Positions 9,292 to 18,245 are shown, counted from the stretch's first letter. The stretch is 64,000 nt of DNA from a bacterium (GCA_024228495.1 JAAETJ010000576.1:1658-65657); one strand, 5' to 3'. A program made the numbers and translations. The notes: generated by a model from the sequence alone, not told the origin.

Positions 9292-9400
9292 TATACTACC
9301 ATCTCTCCAATCGCTATGATAAGTTAGACCTGAAAGTACTTTGTAAATCCTACAAAAATATAGGCCAATGTACAAGGGCAATACAGCAAGGACCCTCAAA

Positions 9401-11455
9401 ATGACTACTGAAAAGCTCGCAAGAAAGCTGCTCATTTGTAATTGCGATCAAACCATGCCGCTAAACGGCGCAAAACTTTCTGTGGCGCTTGATTTACCGA
9501 GTGAACTGTTTATCAATTCTTCCTTGTGCCGCTCGCAAATCGATAATTTTCGCTCTGCTCTCAAGAAAAATGAGGGATTGCTGGTTGCCTGTACGCAAGA
9601 GGCACCATTGTTTCGCGAAATTGCCAGTGAAGAAGACGGGTGCGGCGAGGATAATGTCAGTTTCGTCAATATTCGTGAATTGGCTGGCTGGTCGGACGAA
9701 GCTGAAAAGTCACAGCCAAAAATGGTTGCGCTCATTGAAGCCAGTGATTTGAAAGGCCAACCTACCCGATTGATGACGCTCCGCTCAAGCGGCAATTGCC
9801 TTGTATATGGGGGAGGGCAGATAGTTTACGATACGGCTCTTAAATTGTCGCAGCGACTGAGCGTCATCCTTGTTCTCTCCGACCCCGATGATTTAATTGT
9901 CCCGGCGACCAATCTGTTTCCCATGGCCATTGGTAAAATTGAAAAACTGCAGGGGGCGCTTGGTCGATTTAAAATATCGCTCAAAGATTATGCGACGGCC
10001 GCTCCATCTTCTCGTAGCGAGCTATCTTTTGGCAATGATCGTACTTCGATGGAGCTCTCTTGCGATCTCGTGTTTGATCTTTCGGGAGAGCACCCTTTGG
10101 TTACGAGTGCCGTTTCACGCGATGGCTATTTTCGAGTTGATCCAAGCCAGGCGGCGGAAATAGCCAGCACCATGTACGAGATATGCGATTTTGTCGGAGA
10201 GTTCGAAAAGCCGATATATGTGGACTATGAAAAGGAGATCTGTGCTCACGGGCGCAGCGGCAAGGTTGGCTGTACGAAATGTCTCGATCATTGCCCCGCA
10301 TCGGCCATTACCAGCGCCGGGGATTTTGTGCTTATCGATGGTGGCGTTTGTGGGGGCTGCGGAAATTGTCATGCCTTGTGCCCAACAGGCGCCATTCAAT
10401 ATTCCTATCCGCGACTTGATGATCTCGTCACACGCATCCAGCAACTGTTAAAGTCCTATAAGGCCGCCAGGGGCAGTCATCCTGCTTTGCTTTTTTGTGA
10501 TGAAGCTCATGGCCTGCCAATGATCAGCGCCATGTCGCGCTATGGCAAAGGATTGCCCGCCAATGTGCTACCGGTGTCCTTACATTCTGTACTGTCGCTT
10601 GGTCACGAAACTTTACTGGCGGCATTTGGAGCAGGTGCGAGCCATGTGAAGGTGCTGGTGCCCCCGGCAAGGCGCGAAGAGCTGAGCGCTCTCAATGATC
10701 AGATCGGCCTTTGCAATAGCGTGTTGGAGGGGCTTGATTTTGTTGCCAACCCGCAAGTCGACATGCGTGCCCAGGTGCTCATCGAGCAAGACCCATTTGT
10801 ACTTGAGGCAGCTTTATATGAGTTGCCATCGAACGACCCCATAGGGGCCAATCTATTCACCGCGACGGGCAGCAAGCGTGATATTGCCCATATGGCCTTT
10901 AACAGCCTGTTTGAAGCCTCATCCTTGGCCAATGAGCAGATGGAACTGCCCGGCGGGGCGCCCTATGGTATCATTCAAGTAGACAGTGCCAGTTGTACAT
11001 TATGCCTTGCTTGCGTTGGCAGCTGTCCAGCCCATGCTCTGCTTGATGGAGTCGAACAACCCCAATTGCGTTTCCATGAACGAAATTGCGTGCAGTGCGG
11101 CTTGTGCGCAGCAACCTGTCCGGAAAATGCTATCACGCTCGCCCCGCGTTATAATTTTTCCCGGAATGTGCAATCTGCAGTTGTTCTACATGAGGATGAG
11201 CCGTTGGACTGCATCCGCTGTAACGAACCGTTTGGCTCCAAGCGTGCCATTGAGCGGGTCTCATCCATTCTGGCAGGCAAAAACCCCATGTTCCAAACCA
11301 GTTCACAGCTGGATTTGCTGAAAATGTGTGATGATTGCCGTATTATTTCGCAGTCAGAATCCAGCGATAATCCTATGGCCATGGGAGAGGTGCCACGGGT
11401 ACGCACAACAGAAGAATATCTGAACAGTGTTAGTTCGGATACAGAGGAAAGTTGA
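9401..11455 (+). CDS. Large cytoplasmic polyferredoxin (two 2x[4Fe-4S] ferredoxin domains) associated with DUF3305/DUF3306
   Basis: ORF 9368..11455; the ATG at 9401 is preferred (MTTEKLARKLLICNCDQTM). FeS motifs: CTKCLDHCP, CGGCGNCHALCP, CTLCLACVGSCP, CVQCGLCAATCP. C-terminal CIRCNEPFG...MCDDCR. No signal peptide or TM segment. Confidence 0.8.
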   Translation: MTTEKLARKLLICNCDQTMPLNGAKLSVALDLPSELFINSSLCRSQIDNFRSALKKNEGLLVACTQEAPLFREIASEEDGCGEDNVSFVNIRELAGWSDEAEKSQPKMVALIEASDLKGQPTRLMTLRSSGNCLVYGGGQIVYDTALKLSQRLSVILVLSDPDDLIVPATNLFPMAIGKIEKLQGALGRFKISLKDYATAAPSSRSELSFGNDRTSMELSCDLVFDLSGEHPLVTSAVSRDGYFRVDPSQAAEIASTMYEICDFVGEFEKPIYVDYEKEICAHGRSGKVGCTKCLDHCPASAITSAGDFVLIDGGVCGGCGNCHALCPTGAIQYSYPRLDDLVTRIQQLLKSYKAARGSHPALLFCDEAHGLPMISAMSRYGKGLPANVLPVSLHSVLSLGHETLLAAFGAGASHVKVLVPPARREELSALNDQIGLCNSVLEGLDFVANPQVDMRAQVLIEQDPFVLEAALYELPSNDPIGANLFTATGSKRDIAHMAFNSLFEASSLANEQMELPGGAPYGIIQVDSASCTLCLACVGSCPAHALLDGVEQPQLRFHERNCVQCGLCAATCPENAITLAPRYNFSRNVQSAVVLHEDEPLDCIRCNEPFGSKRAIERVSSILAGKNPMFQTSSQLDLLKMCDDCRIISQSESSDNPMAMGEVPRVRTTEEYLNSVSSDTEES

Positions 11456-11456
11456 G

Positions 11457-12200
11457 CTAGCTGATGTCGTCAAGGAGTTTGAATTGGTTGACGAGAAAGA
11501 GGGTTTTGGTCCTGCCGCTTGGTAATTCAATCAACAGGTTTCCACTATCATCGATGCCGGTGGGTTTGCCGGTAATCATTTCACCATTCAGTTCAAACTG
11601 ACGAGCGTCGTTTGCTGGCTCAATGCGCAAGCCCCACATTCTTTGATAGCTGGCAAGGCCGTCATTTTGCCAGCCATTGATGGCTGCGAGTAAATGCCGA
11701 CACAGGCTTTCTATCAGATCATTTGATGTTAGCTCAGGACATCCCTCTTCGCCAAGCGTCGTGAACTCAGGATTTTCACCGGGTTCTTTGTCAGCTGGAT
11801 CATGAAGCAGTCTTATGGAAAATCCAATGACGAGCTTATCAGGGATTTTGTCGACATCAGTAGTGCTGATCGCGCAACGTGCCACAGCGACTTTTGCTCC
11901 GTTGGCACGTATTTGATTAGGCCAGTCATACGTGATGGCAACCTTGGGCGGGGCTAGTGTGGCCACACTGTTGCCAAGCGCATCCAGGGCAACCGGCAAT
12001 ATCTGGCAGGCTTTTGTGGACTTGTCTTCCGGCTCAAGGACGATGGCCAGATTGACATGAAAATCATCTATCCTCCAAAATATATCACCAGCGTCAGCCT
12101 TTTGTTTTGCTGCCAGCTTGCAGGCCGTTTCAAAACTGTCTTCCTCCAGCAGCAATGCATGCCCGGTAAGCAAAGAGGGAAGTGTTGGAAATGAGGACAT
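11457..12200 (-). CDS. Biotin/lipoate-protein-ligase-fold family protein, apparently degenerate
   Basis: 247 aa. ITYDWPNQIRANGAKVAVARCA aligns by eye with BirA VKWPNDLYLQDRKLAGILVE. I found no GRGRxGR biotin loop. Confidence 0.55.
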   Translation of the reverse strand: MSSFPTLPSLLTGHALLLEEDSFETACKLAAKQKADAGDIFWRIDDFHVNLAIVLEPEDKSTKACQILPVALDALGNSVATLAPPKVAITYDWPNQIRANGAKVAVARCAISTTDVDKIPDKLVIGFSIRLLHDPADKEPGENPEFTTLGEEGCPELTSNDLIESLCRHLLAAINGWQNDGLASYQRMWGLRIEPANDARQFELNGEMITGKPTGIDDSGNLLIELPSGRTKTLFLVNQFKLLDDIS

Positions 12201-12268
12201 GGGCGGTGACTATCGTTTCAATTACGGGAGGGAGCCAAGGTCATGAGCAAGCCAAACAAGATTCAGGC

Positions 12269-12463
12269 TCAGGACAAATCAATGTTACCTTCAATGACGT
12301 GATTAAGGTCAGTACCTTCTGCCGTGAGGACCATCTTCATTTTCAAGGAACCGCTCTGCCCGTCACCAAGTGCATTGATTGTCTCTTCAATCTTTTTTTG
12401 TGATGTGACACCGACCTGTTTGAGAAATTTACGGATAGCCATGTTCAGTTTATCTTCATCCAC
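12269..12463 (-). CDS. Small conserved hypothetical protein (possibly DUF6494-like)
   Basis: 64 aa: MDEDKLNMAIRKFLKQVGVTSQKKIEETI... It is co-oriented directly upstream of the BPL-fold gene. The family name comes from memory only. Confidence 0.45.
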   Translation of the reverse strand: MDEDKLNMAIRKFLKQVGVTSQKKIEETINALGDGQSGSLKMKMVLTAEGTDLNHVIEGNIDLS

Positions 12464-12735
12464 GCCTGTTACTCCTGTTCTTGTTTTGAATGATTGCTAT
12501 TTGTTTATAGGTTCGTTTCGGTACTGTTTCAATTTTAATTCAGCGCTTTTAATGTAAAGCAGACAATTATTATGGATTTTCTGTTAACCATGATTAATAA
12601 TAATATGGGCTGTTACAGAACTCTTGCGACGTTAAAATGACGGCAAGTTGATCATTTGCCGGGAGTGAAATAGGCTATACACAGCTTTTAAAAGCTGTAA
12701 GATCAAGTAACATCAGTCCAGTATGAGGAACGTCT

Positions 12736-13443
12736 GTGGGAGATTTTGCACAAGCATTTCAGATAGCGTTCAATTTGCTCTGGTCAATGGACCTCGAGCT
12801 ATACTCGATTGTCTATCTCTCCTTGAAAGTCTCCATTAGCGCTGTTCTAATCTCGTGTGCCATCGGGTTTGTGATTGGCGCGGCTCTGACGGTTTTCAGA
12901 TTTCCCGGTCGGCGTTTCCTCCTCATTTTATTTAATGCCTTGATGGGATTGCCACCGGTTGTTGTTGGCTTGATGGTTTATATGGTTCTGTCGCGCGCGG
13001 GGCCGCTTGGCGTGCTTGGCTTGCTCTATACGCCAACCGCTATGATCGTCGCACAAACGGTGCTGATCACGCCACTTGTTGCGGCGCTTTCCGCGCAGGT
13101 TTTGCAAGAATTACATCTAGAATATGATGAGTTTTTTCGCTCATTGCAGCTATCTGCACGAGAGAAGTTGATGGCTCTTTTGTGGGAGGGGCGCTTTGGT
13201 CTGGTGACGGTGGGGCTGGCTGGCTTTGGACGCGCCATATCGGAAGTTGGAGCGGTGATGATTGTCGGTGGCAATATTAATCATATGACGCGCATCATGA
13301 CCACCGCGATTGCGCTTGAAACGTCCAAGGGAACACTGGCCCTTGCATTGGCGTTGGGCATTATCCTCATTGTCATTTCCTTGTTGGTGAATACCTCTGT
13401 TGCGCTGATACGGGCCAAAGCTAGAGAAGCGATCTATGCTTGA
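12736..13443 (+). CDS. tupB: ABC transporter permease, tungstate (TupB-like) type
   Basis: 235 aa polytopic membrane protein with a GTG start. 8-nt overlap with the ATPase gene. The operon contains a TupA-type binding protein. Confidence 0.75.
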   Translation: MGDFAQAFQIAFNLLWSMDLELYSIVYLSLKVSISAVLISCAIGFVIGAALTVFRFPGRRFLLILFNALMGLPPVVVGLMVYMVLSRAGPLGVLGLLYTPTAMIVAQTVLITPLVAALSAQVLQELHLEYDEFFRSLQLSAREKLMALLWEGRFGLVTVGLAGFGRAISEVGAVMIVGGNINHMTRIMTTAIALETSKGTLALALALGIILIVISLLVNTSVALIRAKAREAIYA

Positions 13444-14218
13444 ACAAACAAACAGAACTGTGAAAAGCACTTTTGCACGACGATGCAAACCGCTGCAATT
13501 TGAAGACGTGGTCCTTGAGATCAATGGCATTACACTTATTCACCAGATCAATTGTACATTGGAGGCCAGCGGGAAAACCGTTGTGCTAGGGCCAAATGGC
13601 GCGGGCAAAAGTCTGTTTCTGCGTTTGATGACAGGTTTGATGGAGCCCACCAACGGATCGATCACCGGGGGACTTGAAGAACAAGAGGGGGCACTGACGT
13701 CATACCAGGATAATGGGGCGCCTTGTATGTCACTGGTTTTTCAAAACCCGATAATGTTGCGCCGCACAGCTTATGAAAATATCGCTTTTGTGTTGAGGCA
13801 TCACCGCGTTCCAAAGCTAGAAATCGCCGGGAAGGTCGCTGCAGCGCTCTCGATAGCAAGACTTGAAACCAGAGCGCAGGTGCCGGCGCGTCGATTGTCT
13901 GGGGGGGAGCAGCAACGTCTGGCGCTGGCTCGCACCTTGATTATCAATCCGCATGCCTTGCTGCTCGACGAGCCAACGGCAAGTCTTGATCCCTTGTCGA
14001 CCTCCATCGTCGAAGATATGATAGAGCAGGCCGATGGTATGGGCACAAAAATAGTGTTCGTCACCCACGATATAAAACAGGCCAAGCGCATGGCGGATGA
14101 TATCTTGTTTATCCATGAAGGTAGGGTGCTGGCCCACAAATCAAAACGGGACTTTTTCAAGGATCCCGGCAGCAAACAGGCGCAGGCCTATCTTGATGGT
14201 CGCGTGCTAGAAAAATAG
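13436..14218 (+). CDS. tupC: ABC transporter ATP-binding protein (TupC-like)
   Basis: 260 aa. Walker A GPNGAGKS, signature LSGGEQQR, Walker B LLLDEPT. Confidence 0.8.
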   Translation: MLEQTNRTVKSTFARRCKPLQFEDVVLEINGITLIHQINCTLEASGKTVVLGPNGAGKSLFLRLMTGLMEPTNGSITGGLEEQEGALTSYQDNGAPCMSLVFQNPIMLRRTAYENIAFVLRHHRVPKLEIAGKVAAALSIARLETRAQVPARRLSGGEQQRLALARTLIINPHALLLDEPTASLDPLSTSIVEDMIEQADGMGTKIVFVTHDIKQAKRMADDILFIHEGRVLAHKSKRDFFKDPGSKQAQAYLDGRVLEK

Positions 14219-14244
14219 ATTGTTCACAAATAGGAGCTCGAGAA

Positions 14245-14547
14245 TTGGACAAGCAAACGCAAACAGAAATTGAAGCCGCCGCCTATCGTGGACTGGTGGA
14301 GCATTTACGTAAACGCACTGATGTGCAAAATATCGACTTGATGATCCTTGCTGGCTTTTGTCGTAATTGCCTGGCCAAATGGGTCAAGAAAACCGCGGTC
14401 AAAAAGGGACTGGATATGGACTATGACCAGGCCCGCGAATTCGTCTATGGCATGCCATATGAAGAATATAAGCAGAAACATCAGCTGGAATCGACGCATG
14501 AACAACGCGATGCATTCAAAAAAGCCGATAAGGCCATCATAGAATAA
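14245..14547 (+). CDS. DUF1244-family protein
   Basis: 100 aa with a TTG start 8 nt after AGGAG. EAAAYRGLVEHLRKRTDVQNIDLMILAGFCRNCLAKW is typical of DUF1244. Confidence 0.65.
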   Translation: MDKQTQTEIEAAAYRGLVEHLRKRTDVQNIDLMILAGFCRNCLAKWVKKTAVKKGLDMDYDQAREFVYGMPYEEYKQKHQLESTHEQRDAFKKADKAIIE

Positions 14548-14566
14548 GAATGTTGGAGACCCTGAA

Positions 14567-15406
14567 ATGAGCAAGAGAACAATTGGTTTTGTCGGCGGCC
14601 TTGTTTGGGTATGGCTTGCATTGACGTCTATTGCGCATGCTGGCGAGCAAAAATCGATCATTGTTCAATCAACGACTTCTACCCAGAATTCTGGCCTTTT
14701 TGATTTTATACTGCCACGGTTTAAAAAGCATTCCGGCATCACCGTAAATGTCGTCGCCGTTGGTACGGGGCAGGCTTTGAAAAATGGACGTAATGGCGAT
14801 GGAGATGTGTTGCTGGTGCATGCTAAATCCGATGAAAAAAAGTTCGTTTCAGATGGCTATGGCGTCAAGCGCTTTGACGTCATGTACAACGATTTTATGA
14901 TTGTTGGCCCGCGCGAAGATCCAGCCGATCTGGCAGGTGAGAAAAATATTATCGCGGCGTTGAGAAAAATTTCGGCCGCCAAAGCAGTCTTTACATCAAG
15001 GGGCGATGATAGTGGCACCAATAAGAAAGAGCGGCAGCTTTGGAAGCAGGCAGGCATTGATGTCGCCAATAGCAGTGGTAGCTGGTATCGCGAAACAGGT
15101 TCTGGTATGGGCGCCACGCTCAATATAGCGGCGGGTATGAACGCCTACACACTTACAGACCGCGCCACATGGATAGTTTTTAATAATAAGGGAAACTTGA
15201 AGATCATGAGTGAGGGCGACAAGCGTTTGTTCAACCAATATGGCGTTTTGCTGATCAATCCCGAAAGGCACAAGCATGTAAAACTGTTGCAGGGGCAGAC
15301 TTTTATCAGATGGCTAACCGGAGCCAAAGGGCAGGCGGCCATCGCTTCATATAAACAAAAGGGCAAACAGCTGTTTTTTCCCAATGCCCCGTCGATGACA
15401 CACTAA
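14567..15406 (+). CDS. tupA: Periplasmic tungstate-binding protein (TupA-like)
   Basis: 279 aa with a signal peptide ending AHA. TTSTQNSGL motif near the mature N-terminus, as in TupA-type oxyanion binders. Confidence 0.75.
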   Translation: MSKRTIGFVGGLVWVWLALTSIAHAGEQKSIIVQSTTSTQNSGLFDFILPRFKKHSGITVNVVAVGTGQALKNGRNGDGDVLLVHAKSDEKKFVSDGYGVKRFDVMYNDFMIVGPREDPADLAGEKNIIAALRKISAAKAVFTSRGDDSGTNKKERQLWKQAGIDVANSSGSWYRETGSGMGATLNIAAGMNAYTLTDRATWIVFNNKGNLKIMSEGDKRLFNQYGVLLINPERHKHVKLLQGQTFIRWLTGAKGQAAIASYKQKGKQLFFPNAPSMTH

Positions 15407-15414
15407 GACAAAAG

Positions 15415-16707
15415 GTGCTGCAAGAGACCAACCATATGGACAAAAAAAATCTTAATGACTGCTTTGCGCACGATGGAGCGATGCTCACCCATGAGCAGGC
15501 TCTGGAAAAACTTACTACGGGTCTCGTGGCGATCACCGGTACGCGTAGCGTTGCGCTTGATGATGCGGTGGGAGAAGTATTGGCAAAGCCTGTTTTGGCA
15601 CCGCGCAATATTCCTGCACATACCAATAGCGCCGTTGATGGCTATGGTTTTTGCTTTGCCGACTATGACGCGCAGGCCGGGACAACGTTTCCAGTCACCG
15701 GCATGATGGCCGCTGGTTCTCCTCTTGAGGGGATCGCCTTGCCTCAGAGCGCCATCCGTATTTTTACCGGTGCTGCTGTGCCAGATGGATTTGAGACGGT
15801 GGTTATGCAAGAGGATGTGGAACTGGTTTCTACTGAAGATGGTGAACAGGTTAAAATACCAGCCGGATTGAAACGAGGGGCCAATGTGCGCTTGGCTGGA
15901 GAAGATGTGCATGAGGGGGCCACCGTACTGCCTCCTAACCGGCGTTTGTCTCCCCAGGATCTGGCGGCGATTGCGTCAACGGGTACGCTTGGTGTTGAGT
16001 GTTTTCGTCCCCTAAAGGTAGCGATTTTTTCAACCGGGGATGAAGTCATTCGCCCGGGCACGCCCTTTGAACATGGTAAGGTTTATGACAGCAATGCCGC
16101 AATGCTGCGCGGGTTGGTCGTCAAAGCGGGAGCTTTGTGTGATGACCTTGGCGTATTGCCCGACGATGCGCAACTGATAGAGACAGCACTATCGAAGGCT
16201 GCGCAAGCTTATGACGTGTTGTTAACATCGGGTGGTGTTAGCGTTGGGGAACTGGATTTTGTGCTTGAAGCGTTGAACAAGCTTGGCTCCCTACATCTTT
16301 GGAAAATCGCCATCAAGCCCGGTCGGCCCATGAGTTTTGGTCAGATTAACAATTGTATGATGTTGGGTTTGCCCGGTAATCCCGTTGCGGCGTTTTTATG
16401 CTTTCTACTTTATGCGCAACCGGTGCTGACGATTTTATCTGGGCAAAAATGGCAAGCGCCATTGCGCTATAAAATCCGGGCAGGGTTTTCCATGAGCAAA
16501 AAAACGGGCCGTCGAGAGTTTTTACGTGGTGTGCTGGAGTACAGCGAAGATGGCAGTTTGCTGGTCAATAAATATGCGCGCGATGGGTCGGGACTGATCT
16601 CGTCACTGACGCAGGCGGACGGATTTATCGAGCTTGGCGAGTACGTGGTTGAGATCAAGCACGGCGAGTTGGTCGATTTCATACCATTTGGTAGTTTTGG
16701 CTTGTAA
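15415..16707 (+). CDS. moeA: Molybdopterin molybdo/tungsto-transferase MoeA, paralogue 1
   Basis: 430 aa with MoeA architecture: ...NSAVDGYGF..., ...IFSTGDEV..., TSGGVSVGELDF, GLPGNPVAAF. An alternative ATG start lies at 15436. Confidence 0.88.
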   Translation: MLQETNHMDKKNLNDCFAHDGAMLTHEQALEKLTTGLVAITGTRSVALDDAVGEVLAKPVLAPRNIPAHTNSAVDGYGFCFADYDAQAGTTFPVTGMMAAGSPLEGIALPQSAIRIFTGAAVPDGFETVVMQEDVELVSTEDGEQVKIPAGLKRGANVRLAGEDVHEGATVLPPNRRLSPQDLAAIASTGTLGVECFRPLKVAIFSTGDEVIRPGTPFEHGKVYDSNAAMLRGLVVKAGALCDDLGVLPDDAQLIETALSKAAQAYDVLLTSGGVSVGELDFVLEALNKLGSLHLWKIAIKPGRPMSFGQINNCMMLGLPGNPVAAFLCFLLYAQPVLTILSGQKWQAPLRYKIRAGFSMSKKTGRREFLRGVLEYSEDGSLLVNKYARDGSGLISSLTQADGFIELGEYVVEIKHGELVDFIPFGSFGL

Positions 16708-16739
16708 GAAAGTTACAAAAGTGAGCGGACAGATAATTG

Positions 16740-17957
16740 ATGCAGAATAAGCTTACCCCTCTTGAAGAGGTCCTCGACCTGTTGGAACAAAGTGCAAAGC
16801 CGCTGGATGATCGCGAAACGGTCGCGCTGGGCGAGGCCAGTGGCCGCATCCTTGCGCAAGATCTCATATCGCCATTCGATGTGCCAGCATTTGATAATAG
16901 CCGCATGGATGGTTATGCGGTGCGCGCAGATGAGTGCACCACTCCCTTGCTGATCTCGCAGGTGATCGCTGCTGGTCATCCGGCAACTCCTTTGGAACAA
17001 GGCACCGCCGCGCGTATTTTTACCGGTGCTCTCTTGCCAGCTGGTGCTGATAGCGTGGTGATGCAGGAAAATACTCAAACGGACGGCAAGACTGTCACCT
17101 TCAACAAGGCCGTCGAAGCCAATCAGTTTATCGGGCGAACAGGAGAAGACATTGCCAAAGGGCAGATCGTTCTGCAGGCCGGACACAGATTGCAGCCGCA
17201 AGATGTGGGACTGGCGGCCTCTATGGGGGTCGCTACCTTGTCAGTGATCAGGCGTCCGCGCGTCGCAATGTTCTCAACGGGCGATGAGTTGAAAGAACCT
17301 GGCGAATCGCTGGAAACGGGTCAAATTTATAACTCAAATCGCTATCAACTTAGTGCGCTGATAAAGGGATCAGGTTGCGAATTGATGGATTTTGGTATTG
17401 TTGCCGATGATCTTGAGCAAACGCAAGCAAAGCTCGCCGAGGCCGCGCAAGATGCCGATATGGTGATTACCAGCGGCGGCGTGTCGGTTGGTGAAAAAGA
17501 CTATCTGCGAGACGCGCTCGACAAGATCGGCAAGCTCAATCTTTGGTGCATTAATATCAAGCCCGGCAAGCCTTTGGTATTTGGGCACTTGAACGCCGCG
17601 AGCGCGAAGCAAACCCCCTATATGGGACTTCCCGGCAATCCGGTTTCTGTTTTCGTAACCTATTTGATGTTGGCGCAACCTTTCTTGTTTAAGCTGGCCG
17701 GAGCCAATATCTCAAGACCGCAAAGTTTTAGGGTCGTTGCCGGGTTTGATCAGTCTCGTGCTCAGTCACGGCGGCAATTTCTGCGATGTCGTCTGGAAGT
17801 TCAAGATGGACAACTCACCGCAGTTCCCTTCGACAATCAATCCTCTTCCATTTTGAGTTCTACCAGCAGCTCAAACGGTCTTGGAGTTGTTATGGAGGAG
17901 CGTACGCTTGCAAGAGGAGATTTGATCGATTTTTACCCCTATCAAGGATTGCTCTAG
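16740..17957 (+). CDS. moeA: Molybdopterin molybdo/tungsto-transferase MoeA, paralogue 2
   Basis: ORF 16737..17957; ATG at 16740. Motifs NSRMDGYAV, MFSTGDEL, TSGGVSVGEKDY, GLPGNPVSVF. Confidence 0.88.
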   Translation: MQNKLTPLEEVLDLLEQSAKPLDDRETVALGEASGRILAQDLISPFDVPAFDNSRMDGYAVRADECTTPLLISQVIAAGHPATPLEQGTAARIFTGALLPAGADSVVMQENTQTDGKTVTFNKAVEANQFIGRTGEDIAKGQIVLQAGHRLQPQDVGLAASMGVATLSVIRRPRVAMFSTGDELKEPGESLETGQIYNSNRYQLSALIKGSGCELMDFGIVADDLEQTQAKLAEAAQDADMVITSGGVSVGEKDYLRDALDKIGKLNLWCINIKPGKPLVFGHLNAASAKQTPYMGLPGNPVSVFVTYLMLAQPFLFKLAGANISRPQSFRVVAGFDQSRAQSRRQFLRCRLEVQDGQLTAVPFDNQSSSILSSTSSSNGLGVVMEERTLARGDLIDFYPYQGLL

Positions 17958-17959
17958 GT

Positions 17960-18229
17960 GTTCGTAGCCAGGGTCAGGACCTATTACCCCAGGGGCGAGA
18001 AAAAGCATGAACGACAGGTGGCCGCGGATCTGATATTCGGTCCGTCATCCAGGAGATTATAGATCTGCTGCAAGACGAGTACCTTGAACATCAACACCTC
18101 GTCCCAGGGGGGCGACCGCCATTGGATTTGCGCTGCTTTTTGTTTTGATCGAAGCCGGGCGGCTGGCGCAACAAGCGTGTTCGTGCCTACTCGGCATCCG
18201 AAAAGCTGAACAACAGGGGAAAGTCTCAA
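17960..18229 (-). mobile_element. IS5-family (DUF772-type N-terminus) transposase remnant, frameshifted and truncated
   Basis: The - strand reads ...PPWDEVLMFKVLVLQQIYNLLDD. After a frame change it continues TEYQIRGHLSFMLFLAPGV..., which matches the conserved GRPP..MFK.L.LQ..YNLSD...EYQIRDRLSF..FL N-terminal block. It abuts the moeA stop and no DDE domain follows. Confidence 0.6.
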
Positions 18230-18245
18230 TAAGTGGGCTGACGGC

